A DNA stretch of 64,000 nt from Hyaloraphidium curvatum SAG 235-1 (taxonomy: Eukaryota > Fungi > Monoblepharomycota): NCBI GenBank assembly GCA_025558095.1, contig JAIVFI010000019.1:1-64000 (forward strand), written 5' to 3'. How positions within the stretch are numbered: the first letter of the stretch is position 1; the number at the start of each line of letters is the position of its first letter. Under the pieces are notes generated by a model, which worked only from the letters and a program-made list of their open reading frames with translations, was not told where the DNA came from and searched no databases. Below are positions 33,945 through 44,746 of this stretch, one piece after another. Both the position numbers and the translations under genes were made by a program.

Positions 33945-34704
33945 CGTTTCTGTGTTTTCGGCGGCGGATTCGGCCGAGGAAGCGGGCGGGAGGAGGGAGG
34001 CCGGGTTTGTTGCTGGAGCGGGACTTCGGCTCGTGATTTTCCCGGCTTCAAAGAACAAAAGCGAAATCGCCGTCCACCACATGCTGGTCGATCGAGGGAG
34101 GCCATGTCGCCAGACAAATAGAGCGATGCTATGTAAAGCATTGTGTTCTGGCAATCCTGGACACCCAGAGGGCGGTATGGCCTGGATGCGGTGGCCTGCA
34201 ACATCGGGTCGGTACCATCAAACACTCAGCAAGGCGCCAAATTCCTCAGAAACGGACCAACGAAGGCTGGAGACAATAACAATCAAGTTTGTGTGGCAGT
34301 GAGGTGGGTCCAACTCGTGCTTGGAGACGCGACAAGGGCCTCTAGGCAGACCACAGCAGGAGCACGTGGGGACGAAAAGACCTTGCCGACAACCAAGACG
34401 ACAGGGTCATCTTTTTATCCCGCTCATTTCTCTAACGAGATCGAAGCTTGCCGCGGGACATCGCGCTCGACAGGTGCGACCACCCGGTGGCGAGTTGCCG
34501 CCGCCGCCGGCTGTGCAAGACCCCGCCGGACCCCAACGACCCCACCGAACATCCGGGCCCCTCCATTGGGGTCCATACCGCCCGGATAAAAGCGCCGATG
34601 GCTCCGAGACGACGCCACCCGCTGCCGCTCGTGCCGCACTTCACCTTCCGCTCCACCTCGACGGCGAACCCGGCCCCCGACTCCCGCTCTTCCTTCCAAT
34701 CACC

Positions 34705-35971
34705 ATGCAGCCTTGCCGGCGGCCCTGGCCCGCCCTCGCGGGCTTCGCAGCGGTGGCTCTCACGATGCTCGCGGGCATGCCGGCCGGCAACGCCGCCGCC
34801 GTGCACCCGGCCGCCCTGAGGTGGGCACGATTCCTTCGGCGGGACCACGGCACCGGACGGACTTCTGACGCCCTCTCGATTTTCAGGGAACGCCAACTGC
34901 TCCCCATGGGCGCCCCCTGTGCCGGCGGCGCTCCCTGCGAGACGGGCTGCTGCTCGTCCATGCTCTCGTCGGACCCCGCCGCCGCCGTCTCTGCATGGAC
35001 ACCTGGGTCTGCTCCGTCACGGGCCAGGGCGACTGGGCCGCCTGCCACTCGGACGCCTCGTGCTCTTCCGGATGCTGCGGCTACTGGGCGACGAACGGGG
35101 CCAACAGGATGTGCCACCCGGCCGGCTTCGACCCTTGCGTCAACCAGCCGCACCCTTTCCCGGCCCCGTCGGGCACCCCAGCACCGGCACCCTACTCCCC
35201 TCCATCGGCCGGCTACTCCACCCCCTCCAACTGGCTGCCCCAAGGCCCGGGCGGCAAGTCCGACGGCCAGCAGTGCTCCTCCAGCGGCCCCGAATGCTCC
35301 TCGACCTGCTGCCTCGGCTCCACCTGCCAGCCCCGCGACCTCTGCTACGGCTTCCCCGGCGCCGCCATCGGGGGCCAGTGCACAACCTCGGGCCCCGAGT
35401 GCGCTTCCTTCTGCTGCATCAACGGGCAGTGCGCGAACCGCGCGCAGTGCTACGGCGACGGGTCGGCTCCCGCGCCGCCGGTCGAGCAGTTCGTCGCCCC
35501 GCCGCAGCAGCAGTTTGTCGCCCCTGCACCCGCCCCTCCTCCGCCTCCGCCGCCGCCGCCGCCGCCGCCGCCTTCCGCGTCGTACACCTAATCGGGCCGC
35601 GCGACCTGGTACTCGCCCTGCGACCCCAACCAGAACCACGGCTTCTCCTGGTGAGCTCCAGCCTTCATCGTACTCTTCTGCCCGGTGGATTCTAACCCAC
35701 CCCGTGCTACAGCCTCGGCGCCTGCGACAACCACCTCGACGACAACGTCCCCTCGATCGCCATGTCGCAGGAGCTCTACCAGCCGTGGATGTGCAACTCC
35801 GCTTGCGTGGAGATCCAGGACGTGGCGCGGGGCACGGTGGCGCGGTACACCGTGGCGGACCGGTGCGTGGGGTGCGGGTGGGGTGGGATCGACATGACGC
35901 CGGCGGCGATGCGGGCGATCGGGAGGGACGTGAGCGACGGGATGTTCGAGATCCGGTGGCGGTTCTGCTAG
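34705..35971 (+). pseudogene. Secreted Cys-rich repeat + polyproline + expansin-like DPBB (RlpA-like) protein with a frameshift and a premature stop
   Basis: Signal peptide; introns 34821-34886 and 35651-35712; four CxxxxxCxxxCC-type modules; DPBB motifs SGRATWY, LGAC, VADRCVGC, IDMT. Frameshift at about 34989 and in-frame TAA at 35589-35591. Confidence 0.75.
35547..35570 (+). repeat. (CCG)8 microsatellite encoding part of a polyproline linker
   Basis: Directly visible ccg run inside PPPPPPPPPPPPP. Confidence 0.85.
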
Positions 35972-36068
35972 TAGCAGGCAGGGCGAGCTAGAAGCATAGA
36001 GGCGAGTAGACCAGTTTGCCTTTGAGAAGCAGACAGCGCCAGGTACAGTCTTGCCCGGAGGGCGACAT

Positions 36069-37630
36069 TCACTCCCCCGCCCGCGCGGGATCTCGGAGCA
36101 TCCTTCTGAACCCGCCGTTCTCCCACGCCACGTACGCTTCCCTCGTCGGCTCGGCGGGATCCCAATCCCACCTGCTCGCCCGGCAGGCATCGTCCGCCCT
36201 GCGTGCCCCGCGGGCTCCGAAGTATCCCCGGTAGGTGCTGAAGTCCCCATCCTGCTTGCCCACCGGCGAAAGCGGATACCTCTCGCCCTCCCGATGGTTC
36301 TCCGCCCCTGGAGGTTCGTTCTCCAAGTAGAACGCGGCGGCCCGTACCATGTCCTCCCACCGCTTCACATTGTGCGCCAGCACGGTCCGGCAGCGCCAGC
36401 ACCGCGACACGAACCCCACTGCCGAGGGTGCGTCGTGCAGCCCCACCTCGTCCGAGAATATGTTGAATCCCCGCCCGGGGACGTATGCAGGGATCCCGTC
36501 GCCCATGGTGTAGTTGAAGCCCGGGAGCGGAGGCAGGGAGGCGGCCACCTCGTGCACGCTGCGGCCCATATGTATTTCCTCATTCATGATCCCGCGGATG
36601 AGGCTGGTGTTGGCGTGGTAACTGGCGATGGCTACGACCACTGCGGGACAGGGGTGCGGTGAGCTTCGGGGACAAAACGGCGGGTCAATGACCCCACGGT
36701 CCCAGCTCAACCCATATCCCATACCAAAGGCGTAATCCGTTCCGCCGGCAAAATTGCCGTAGTAGACCCTCTCGTACCGCCCCGGCCCGCAATTCTCCCT
36801 TTGTCCGCAATCGATAAGGAGCTGCGATGGGAGAGATTGGGACAGGAGGCGCTCGAGATTTGGGAGGTGCAGGAAATTGTCGCTGTCCGCCTGGGCGCGC
36901 TGGCATCAGCATCGCGCCGTATCCACACCGCGTTGCCAACCTTCATCACAAAGTCGTAAGGCCACGCCGTCCGAAGGCGGCCGTCCACCTCGTCCTCGGG
37001 GACCTCCCGGGCCACCCGTGCCCTCCACCGGGCAAACACCTCGCCGAAGAACGTGACGGACTTGCCCTCGTTCATGTTCTCCTTTGGGCACGACTGAAGC
37101 ACCAGGATGTCCCCGTGTTCGGCCATCTCGAGTGCGACGAGCGCCGCGCCCGGGCTCGGGCCCGCGTCGCCGCCGGAGGGAGGCGGGCAAACGACGAACA
37201 GAACGTCGACCATGTCCGCGCGGTGGTACTTCCTCAGCAGCGGCGTCCACGCCATCCTTACAACATTCTGCGTGGGCAGGAGGCAGATGAGAAAGGTGCA
37301 GCGAGCGATCCGGGTTGGCCGACTCACCCGTTGGGCATGGTCTTCGGCGCGGGAGAACACTCCCACGAGCACGGTCCTCGGCCAGGGTAGCGGTCCGGCA
37401 GGCTCCGAAACGCCGGCAAATCCCGGTGCAGCTTTCCAGGCCACATCTATGGCATATTTCTCCCTCGGAAGATGGGTGGCCACCCCGGGGCAGGCGGGAG
37501 CCGGCCCTGCCACGGTGACGGCGAACAGCAGCGCGGCGAGGAGCGCCGACGCTGCCAGCAGCAGGCGGAAGTGCGCCCGCGCATGGTACAGGTGTTGGGC
37601 GACGTGGGACGCGGCCCTGGCGTGCCACAT
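36069..37630 (-). CDS. GT31-like beta-1,3-galactosyltransferase, type II membrane protein
   Basis: N-terminal TM, VLVGVFS, EMAEHGDILVL, ENMNEGKS, YDFVMK|ADSDNF (DxD), YYG...GMGYGLSWD; three short introns. Confidence 0.82.
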
Positions 37631-37771
37631 CGTTCGGTTGGGTAGGTGGAGTCACGTTCGCGTGGCTGGAGCGGACGAGGATCGAGTCAAGGACGATCGC
37701 ACCCTACGCGTTCCGAGCACCAAGGATCTCCGCAGCACCGCTCCGCCGATCGGACTCGCTAATTTACACAT

Positions 37772-39823
37772 TCACACGTTCCCCTCGGCATCCAGCACCC
37801 CCGCCGTCGCGCACATCCCCTCGAACCGCGGCACCCCCCCCACCCTTGCCCGCACCCGTTCCGGCATCGCCCCCGCGCCGACCTCTGCCATCAACGACGG
37901 CGGAACCAAGCCAGGGGCGCGCACCCCGGCTAGGTCCAAGGGGCTGGCGAAGATCCTCGTGCGCGGAAGGGCGGCGGCCAGCCGCCCGAGAAGCGCCCTG
38001 CGATCCCTGAGCGCGTCCCCCGCGGCGGACGCCATGGACGCAAGAGCATTCATCTCCTCATCCGGCCCGGCGGGTTGCCATCCGTAGGTGAGCGCGGCAT
38101 CGGACAGCCTCGGCGAGACCGTTGCCCCGGGGAACCCGGAGACCGACAACCCCCCGATCCCGGCGCCCAGATCCAGAGACACCAGCTGCCCCGGCCCCGG
38201 CCCCATCCTCTGGCTCGGCGACGGCCCGCCGGTCGGGTGCATGGCGGCGAGGAGGAGCGTCGGATCGAGGTATCGCAGCGCGGGGCAGGCCTGGGCAAGC
38301 AGCTCCTCGGGCGGCTGCGACCTCCCGATGTACACCGCAGGTCCCGGAGGGCGCGGGGCGTACCCCGGTCCGAACGAGAACGCGGGGCGTTGCTCGGAGG
38401 GCGGCCGCGTGCCGGCGGCCAGGTCGAGCACCACCAGGCCGGGCGGCAGCGCGGAGATGACGGCGGCGATGGCTACGGGGTACCCGCCGCGGTGGATGAA
38501 CTGCCGCACCGCGTCGTTGCCCCTGAACGCCGCGTGGCAACCCTCCAAGCAGAGCGCCGCGAGGTTGGGCAGCGCAGCCAGCACGGGCGGGAGTACCACC
38601 GCGTCCGCGGCATCCTGGTTGGACAAGTCCAGAACCACCAGCCCGCGCAGCCTGCCCAGCATCGACAGCGCGCGTACGTCCATCGGCCCCATGCCCACGA
38701 GCGCACGGGGAATCATCCCGGGGATCCGTGCGCCGGGGGCGCCGAGGTCCAGCCGGCGCAGGGATTGGCCCGCGGGGGACGAAGCCAGCGCGTGGATGCC
38801 CTCGGGGGTGGTCCAGCTCCCCCCAGCGGACCCGACGCACAGGGTGGCCAGGTGCGGGCATCCCCGCCCGAGGGCCTCGATGCCCACCGGGGAGACGGAG
38901 CAGTAGCCCGAGGAGACGCGGAGGTGCCTCAGCTCCGCGCACGAGCCGGGAGACGCGATCTCGAACAGCATCTGGTCCGAGAAGGGGCCGTCGCGGACGT
39001 GCAGGGAGAGGAGATTGCGGAATGGGCGCAGGTCCAGCGGTTCGGGGGCGATCCGGTGGCGGACACGCACGGTCGACAGGCCGTCGATCGATTCCAGCAC
39101 CGGTCCGGCGTCCCCGTGGGCGGCCGACTGCGCCTGCGCGAGAGCCTGCAAGGCGGACGGGCTGACGGCCTCGAAGGCGCCCGAGTCGAGCTCGTCGTCG
39201 CCAGCCGCCCGCGTCCCGAAGTTGACCTTGAGCAGGCCCGTGAAACGGGAGAACCAGTGCCGCAAAAACCGCCGCGGGTCTACGTCGATGTGCAGCGGCT
39301 GCCTGTTGGACACCAGGTGGGGGAGGGATATGGATTCGAGGCGGCCGGCGTCGATGTGGGAGAGCACCTCGCCGGCGAGCACGAGGAAGGCCGGGAGGTC
39401 CGCCGCTGCCGAGCTGAACGCCGCGGGCCGCGCCCTGCAGGCGGAGAAGTCGATGCTGCGCACGTGCAGCCCCGTGTCGGGCCCGGTGTCGCGCTCCTGC
39501 GCGTCGCGCATCTCCTTCAGCGTCCGCGCCAATAGGGCGAGCCGCCTCCCCGCCCGCCAGGAGACGTCAAACTCGGCCTTTGCCGCCTGCGCCGCGCCAT
39601 GCTGCCCGCCCAAGTCGAGGGAAACGCGTTCCGGGGCGGGCAGGTCGGAGTCCGGCGAGGTCGCAACGGCGATGTTCGCGTAGAGCAGGTCGCGCGCCGC
39701 GGCCGCCCACGTGCGGCTGACGAGCGACGGCGCGTGCAGCGCGTGGCCGCGGACACCGCCGTCGTCCGGCAGCCCGCGGAGGTGCCGCAGGATCGGCAGG
39801 ACGAGCTCGACAGGGAGGGACAT
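37772..39823 (-). CDS. F-box / leucine-rich-repeat (RNI-like) protein, intronless
   Basis: MSLPVELVLPILRHL...LVSRTWAAAARDLLY F-box, then LRRs (CPHLATLCV, SLRRLDLG, LVVLDLSN, LPNLAALCLEGC). Confidence 0.8.
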   Translation of the reverse strand: MSLPVELVLPILRHLRGLPDDGGVRGHALHAPSLVSRTWAAAARDLLYANIAVATSPDSDLPAPERVSLDLGGQHGAAQAAKAEFDVSWRAGRRLALLARTLKEMRDAQERDTGPDTGLHVRSIDFSACRARPAAFSSAAADLPAFLVLAGEVLSHIDAGRLESISLPHLVSNRQPLHIDVDPRRFLRHWFSRFTGLLKVNFGTRAAGDDELDSGAFEAVSPSALQALAQAQSAAHGDAGPVLESIDGLSTVRVRHRIAPEPLDLRPFRNLLSLHVRDGPFSDQMLFEIASPGSCAELRHLRVSSGYCSVSPVGIEALGRGCPHLATLCVGSAGGSWTTPEGIHALASSPAGQSLRRLDLGAPGARIPGMIPRALVGMGPMDVRALSMLGRLRGLVVLDLSNQDAADAVVLPPVLAALPNLAALCLEGCHAAFRGNDAVRQFIHRGGYPVAIAAVISALPPGLVVLDLAAGTRPPSEQRPAFSFGPGYAPRPPGPAVYIGRSQPPEELLAQACPALRYLDPTLLLAAMHPTGGPSPSQRMGPGPGQLVSLDLGAGIGGLSVSGFPGATVSPRLSDAALTYGWQPAGPDEEMNALASMASAAGDALRDRRALLGRLAAALPRTRIFASPLDLAGVRAPGLVPPSLMAEVGAGAMPERVRARVGGVPRFEGMCATAGVLDAEGNV

Positions 39824-40344
39824 TTGGTTCTCGCGTACTCCGTTGGACTCCGCGGGTCTTCGCGGCACCGGTTCGCAAAACACCGGTCAAGATATTGCAA
39901 TGCCGCCAGATGGATGCAATGAGCTCTTACTTCCCTAGCTTGATGGATCCATCAATGCCGCGCATGAAAAAGGAAGACGGTGCCGTTGTGCGACGATGAA
40001 CGGTGAAGAAGAACGGCCTTTGGACACCTTAAAGCCACGATTCCGTCTTCGCAACCCTCGTTCCGCATCTTCGGAGGGATCGGAATGTCAGAGGCGCCGC
40101 ATGCGTCAGCGGCGCCGCGGGTGCGTGCGTCGGAAGCTCCTAACCCCACACTGACGCGTCCGCCAGCATACCCCGCGGATTAAAATCAGATGTCGAACGA
40201 CCGTCCACGACGTCGCCGGCCCTCGACACGTAGAAGCAGTTGAATGGTGATCTGAAGGACACTTCGCCGCTTGCCCGAGGCTTCTGCGACTCCTGCCTTT
40301 TGAGAGCCCGCGCCACCGCCAACCAACAACCAACCGGCAACGGG

Positions 40345-41331
40345 ATGCCGACGCACGCGCCGGACTACGGCGCGCTGAACGCCGTCTCCGCCGGCCGCGC
40401 GCCGGGCTTGGGCCGCCTGGCCGGAAAGCGCGTGCTGGTGGTCGCGGGCGGCCAGAAGGAGTTCCCCGGCGACGACCCGGCACGTTCCCCCGGCAACGGC
40501 CGGGCAATATCCGTCATCTGCGGACGCGAGGGTGCCGCCGTGGCGGTGCACAATCGGACGGTGGAAAGCGCGGAGGCGACCGCCGCGATTGTGCGGGGTG
40601 AGCCGGCTTGCCCGTTGGCCATTCCTCTGGCGGGGGACGTGACAGGTACGCGTTTGACGCGTTCGGTCCTTCGGATTCCGGAACTGAGCCCCGTTTGCTG
40701 TTTGCAGTGGACGATGATGTGAAGCGCATCGTTGCCGAGGCCGTGGATCGCCTGGGCGGACCTCTGGACGGGCTCGTCGTGAACGTCGGCATCTTCAGCC
40801 CGGAGCCGGGCCTCTCGCTCACCATGGAGTCGTTGGACAAGGTCATGCGGACCAACTTCTATGCCCACGTTGCGTTCCTCAAGCACGCCGCACCGCACAT
40901 CCGCCCCGGGGGCTCCGTCGTCCTGGTTTCGTCCGCCGGGTACGATTCGTTGACGGGAAGCATCCCATACGACTCCAGCAAAGCCGCACTGGAAGGCCTC
41001 CTCCGCAATGCCGGCAGCGAGCTCGCCCCGTCCGGCACGCGCGTCAACGTGCTCCGGCTGGGGGGCATGGACACGCCGCTGGGGCGGCTGGCCAGCAAGG
41101 TGGCGCCGGAGCGGCTCCAGGGGTACACTATCCCGCTGCAGTCGAGGCAGGGGACGTCCTGGGAAGGGGCGTACTTTGCGCTTTTTCTCTTGTCGGACGA
41201 TTCTGCGTACGGTGGGTGACCTTCGCGGTGTTTGAGCCGTGGGGGAAGGCTGATGCGGATTCGCAGTCACCGGGCAGGTGCATACAATCGATGGAGGCCT
41301 GACGACGCTGCGGAACATCACGTCGCGTTGA
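40345..41331 (+). CDS. Short-chain dehydrogenase/reductase (289 aa)
   Basis: GRLAGKRVLVV...PGNGRAIS, LDGLVVNVGI, VLVSS, catalytic YDSSK, YVTGQVHTIDGG; introns 40646-40707 and 41212-41266. Confidence 0.9.
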
Positions 41332-41506
41332 GCGTCGGTCCCGCGCTGCCCTGCCGCAACACTGCAGGGTCGTGCGTCAGTCAAATCCCACTTTTTCCAA
41401 TATGCATTGGTCATCAGATCCTATGGACGGTCAAATCCTCTTTGCCAGTTCCCATGCCATAAATCAGATGAAGACAGGAGAGAGAGTGCGAGAGAGAGGT
41501 ACATAG

Positions 41507-43807
41507 CTAGTAGTACCCCCACACCCCGCCGTTCCCGATGTTCGCGGAAACATGCAGCGCCTCCGTCCCGCAGACCCTCAACCCCAGCTTCCGCGCGTAA
41601 TCCACGACGTAGCGCTCGAGATCGTACATCCCCGCCCCTCCCGCCCCCTCGAGCACGCCAAGATCCACGCCGCGGAACAGGTCCGCGAAGTGCCGCCCCC
41701 GCATGGCGAACAGGAACGTGAGCAGCATGTCGCCGCCCGGCCGCAGCACGTGCAGCTTCTCGCGGTCGAGGTACCAGCTCCCGAACGTCCGCGCCCACAC
41801 GTCGCATTCCGGGTGGGACGCGACGAACCGCAGGAAATCCGGGCGCGCGAGGCGGTACCGCCCGCTGAGCTTGACCACGATCGCGTCGGGCGCATCGAGG
41901 GCCGCCGCCGCCGGCTCGGGGGACGCCAGGAACCTGTTCAGCGCGAAGGCCTCCCGCGCCCCCTTGTTCCGCAGGGTGGCGGGCACGTCCGGCACGCAAA
42001 CCGCGCGGGTGAACGGGAACCGACGCGGCAGCTCCCATCCGCAGGTGGGGTCCTCCGAATACACGGCGAAAGAGCGGGAGAAAAGGGGCAGCGCGAACTC
42101 GAGGGCGGTACGGTACTCCTCCTCGCGGGTCGAAGCGAGCTCGGCGAGGACGGATTCGTTGTAGTGCACGACCAGCGATGTGTCCGAGGGGGCCGCCATC
42201 GTGGCTAGGAGGATGAAGTTTTGGGAAAGGCGGAAGGCACCCGCATCGAGCCCCCGGGAGTCGACCTGTTCCGGGTAGGTTGGAGCCGTCCGCGGCCGCC
42301 GGCGGTCCTCGTCCATGCCGGATCCCGCTTGCCCTTGTGGATGAATCCCCGTTTGCGGCGATATGGCTTCCGTTCCGATTTCGTGCCGCCTGACTTGAGC
42401 GCTTCCCATCTCCAAGAAATGCGCAAACGTCTTCGTCACAGCCCAGTCAACGTAGTTTCCACCGTACTGCTTCACCGCGTGCTCCTGCGAGCGATGCGCG
42501 AGCTCCTTCCGGAACGCTTCATCCTCGGCGAGCAGGCACATGTGCCCGGCGATCTCCTCCACCTCTTGCTTGGAGCTCGGAATGTCCGGGTGCACCGAGT
42601 GGAGCAGCGCGTACGTCCCATTGGGCGTTCCGGCTCCCAGCATGTCGAGCGTGCCGCCGACGCCCGACGCCAGCGCGGGCAGCCCGGCAAAGAGGGCTTC
42701 GAGCAAGGCAAGGCCCCACGACTCGCCGTCCGCCTGCGCGTTGCTAACGAAAACATCCGCGGCTGCCAGGTAGGCCGGGACCTCGGGGGGAGGGACCCCG
42801 CCCCGCAGGACGAACTGCGGGTGCGTGAGGGTCCACCGAGTTTGCTGGTCGGGGAACACTCCCCGCACGGGCTTCTCCGCTGCCATGTGGGAACCGAGCG
42901 CGAGGATGCGGATGCGTGGGTGGGCGGCAGGGCAAAGGTAGCGCGTGCGGTTGAAGGCGTGGGCGACGCCGGCGTGGCCCTTGTACCAATGGAAGTAGGA
43001 CAGCATCATGAATACCACGGCGTCGGAAGGCAGGCCGAGGGCGGAGCGGATGCGCTCCCGCTGGGCGGTGTTGCCCCGCGCTTCGAGGAGGGGCTTGGCG
43101 CGCCAAGGCGGCATGCCCCAAGGCAGCGTCAGGCTGTGTGGGAGCCGCTTCAAAGCTCGGGGGCCGAGCTCGCCGGCGAGATAGGCGATAAAGCTGGCGC
43201 GTGCGGATGGAGAGATGAAAATGATGCTAGTGACGGTTCCCCCTGTTGCTGCTTCAAAGACTTTGAGGCGGTGTTTGGTGTGCCAGTGGCGGAAGAGTGT
43301 CCCGCCCTCGTGAACCCAGAAGACGACGGCTTGATTGGGGCGGCGAGTGTAGGAAAGAAGGAAGTCGACCGAGGCGGGGGCCGTGGTCGACACGACGACG
43401 ATCTGCGCCTGGGACGCGACTTCGGCCGGGTCCCCCGCATAGAAGCCGATGCGCTCCGCCGCGGTCCCTTCGAACGCCCCTATGACGGTCGCCCTGAACC
43501 GCGCCTCCAGCCGATCCGCGGCCGACGCGCCCTCGGGCTCGCCCTCCGCGGGCTCCAGCTGCCTGGGCGGCACGTGCAGCGCAACCCGTGCGCCGCGCCG
43601 CGCCAGGATCGCCGCGAGCTCGGCGCACACCCGCGGCGCGCCGGTGGCCGTCATCTCGTGCGAGAGGATCGCGATGCGCACGCCGCGCAGTGGTCCGTCG
43701 GGGGCCGCGGGGGCGGCGGCCGGGGGCGGTGCGGGGCCCGGCCGCAGCGGGCCGAACGCCGCCATGGCGAGTGCCGCGACCAGCGCGGTCCGGAGCCGCA
43801 GGCCCAT
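41507..43807 (-). CDS. GT4 (GT-B) glycosyltransferase fused to a second uncharacterised C-terminal domain, intronless
   Basis: Signal anchor, ILSHEMTATGAP, FWVHE, YKGH, AADVFVSN and ESWGLALLEALFAGLPALASGVGG (EX7E). Separate C-terminal domain with NKGARE and IVVKLSGRY. Confidence 0.85.
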   Translation of the reverse strand: MGLRLRTALVAALAMAAFGPLRPGPAPPPAAAPAAPDGPLRGVRIAILSHEMTATGAPRVCAELAAILARRGARVALHVPPRQLEPAEGEPEGASAADRLEARFRATVIGAFEGTAAERIGFYAGDPAEVASQAQIVVVSTTAPASVDFLLSYTRRPNQAVVFWVHEGGTLFRHWHTKHRLKVFEAATGGTVTSIIFISPSARASFIAYLAGELGPRALKRLPHSLTLPWGMPPWRAKPLLEARGNTAQRERIRSALGLPSDAVVFMMLSYFHWYKGHAGVAHAFNRTRYLCPAAHPRIRILALGSHMAAEKPVRGVFPDQQTRWTLTHPQFVLRGGVPPPEVPAYLAAADVFVSNAQADGESWGLALLEALFAGLPALASGVGGTLDMLGAGTPNGTYALLHSVHPDIPSSKQEVEEIAGHMCLLAEDEAFRKELAHRSQEHAVKQYGGNYVDWAVTKTFAHFLEMGSAQVRRHEIGTEAISPQTGIHPQGQAGSGMDEDRRRPRTAPTYPEQVDSRGLDAGAFRLSQNFILLATMAAPSDTSLVVHYNESVLAELASTREEEYRTALEFALPLFSRSFAVYSEDPTCGWELPRRFPFTRAVCVPDVPATLRNKGAREAFALNRFLASPEPAAAALDAPDAIVVKLSGRYRLARPDFLRFVASHPECDVWARTFGSWYLDREKLHVLRPGGDMLLTFLFAMRGRHFADLFRGVDLGVLEGAGGAGMYDLERYVVDYARKLGLRVCGTEALHVSANIGNGGVWGYY

Positions 43808-44746
43808 TGCAGACGGTCCCGGTTGCAGGAGTCAGAGGGTGAGGGATGGGCCTGTCCTTGAGCCGCCCCAGCCGCCGGTTCCCTTGCATCCCCACCAGTC
43901 CCACCCAGGAGCATTCGCCATATCGTGGCACGTCTTTAGAGCATCTCAAGCGCGATTTTTTCGGAAAAAAACACAGTCCATCGTCATCGCTCCGCAAGAG
44001 CAATAGACTCCGTTCCTAGGCGGATGGATCCGTCTGCCCACAGGAACGGTGTCGCTTGCCGGGCGCGCCGCCGATGAGATTCCAGAAGACGACCATCCAA
44101 CACCCTAGACCACGATCACGTCCAGTCAAGGTCATGTATGGCGCCGAGGGATAGAGACCCGGACGCACCGGCGCCCTTTTGGGTGCCGGCGCTGCCGCTC
44201 GCGGATCTCGGCGCCCGTCAACCCCGCGATTCCGCACCTTGACCGTCCGTCCGTCCGTGCCCTCTGCTGCTGAATCCCACTATCAAAAGCTTGAAGCACA
44301 ATCGAGAGAGGCGGATGGGGAGGAAACGCAAAAGTACCGGCGCCGTCGGCACCCAATCTGGCTGCTGGAGGCGCTGCATCAAGTCAACTGACCCACTAAT
44401 CGCTGGGACCTGGCGCTTTCGCGTGGGCTTTCAAACAGAAGTTCGGACGACGCTCCACAGACGAATACGTTTGAACACATTGCATCGAGAACGGAAAAGC
44501 AATACATGGTATACCGGGGATCCGGCGCCCTGGTGGGCCCGGCTCCCCAACGCGAGTGCCGTCTAAAGAGGTATCGTCCGAAACCCCCATAAATCCCGTG
44601 AAAGGCGCCGCGGTGGCGCTTGCCAATATAAGAATGGCAGTGATAGAGGTATCACATGCGTGGTTGGAGACAGAGAATCTTGAGCTGTGCATTTCCAAGG
44701 GCCGGGATGCCGCCTCCGGCCTGCCGATCCCGGGGTCCTTGCGGCC

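Noticed and set aside
35589-35591. TAA as evidence of an alternative genetic code
   Set aside because: TAA acts as a normal terminator in other genes here (19386, 44747, 54359, 61482).
171-37330. Several stop-free 3n introns (171-230, 29686-29748, 32212-32271, 34821-34886) as programmed intron retention
   Set aside because: One third of introns are 3n by chance and short GC-rich introns often lack stops; retention would disrupt conserved cores.
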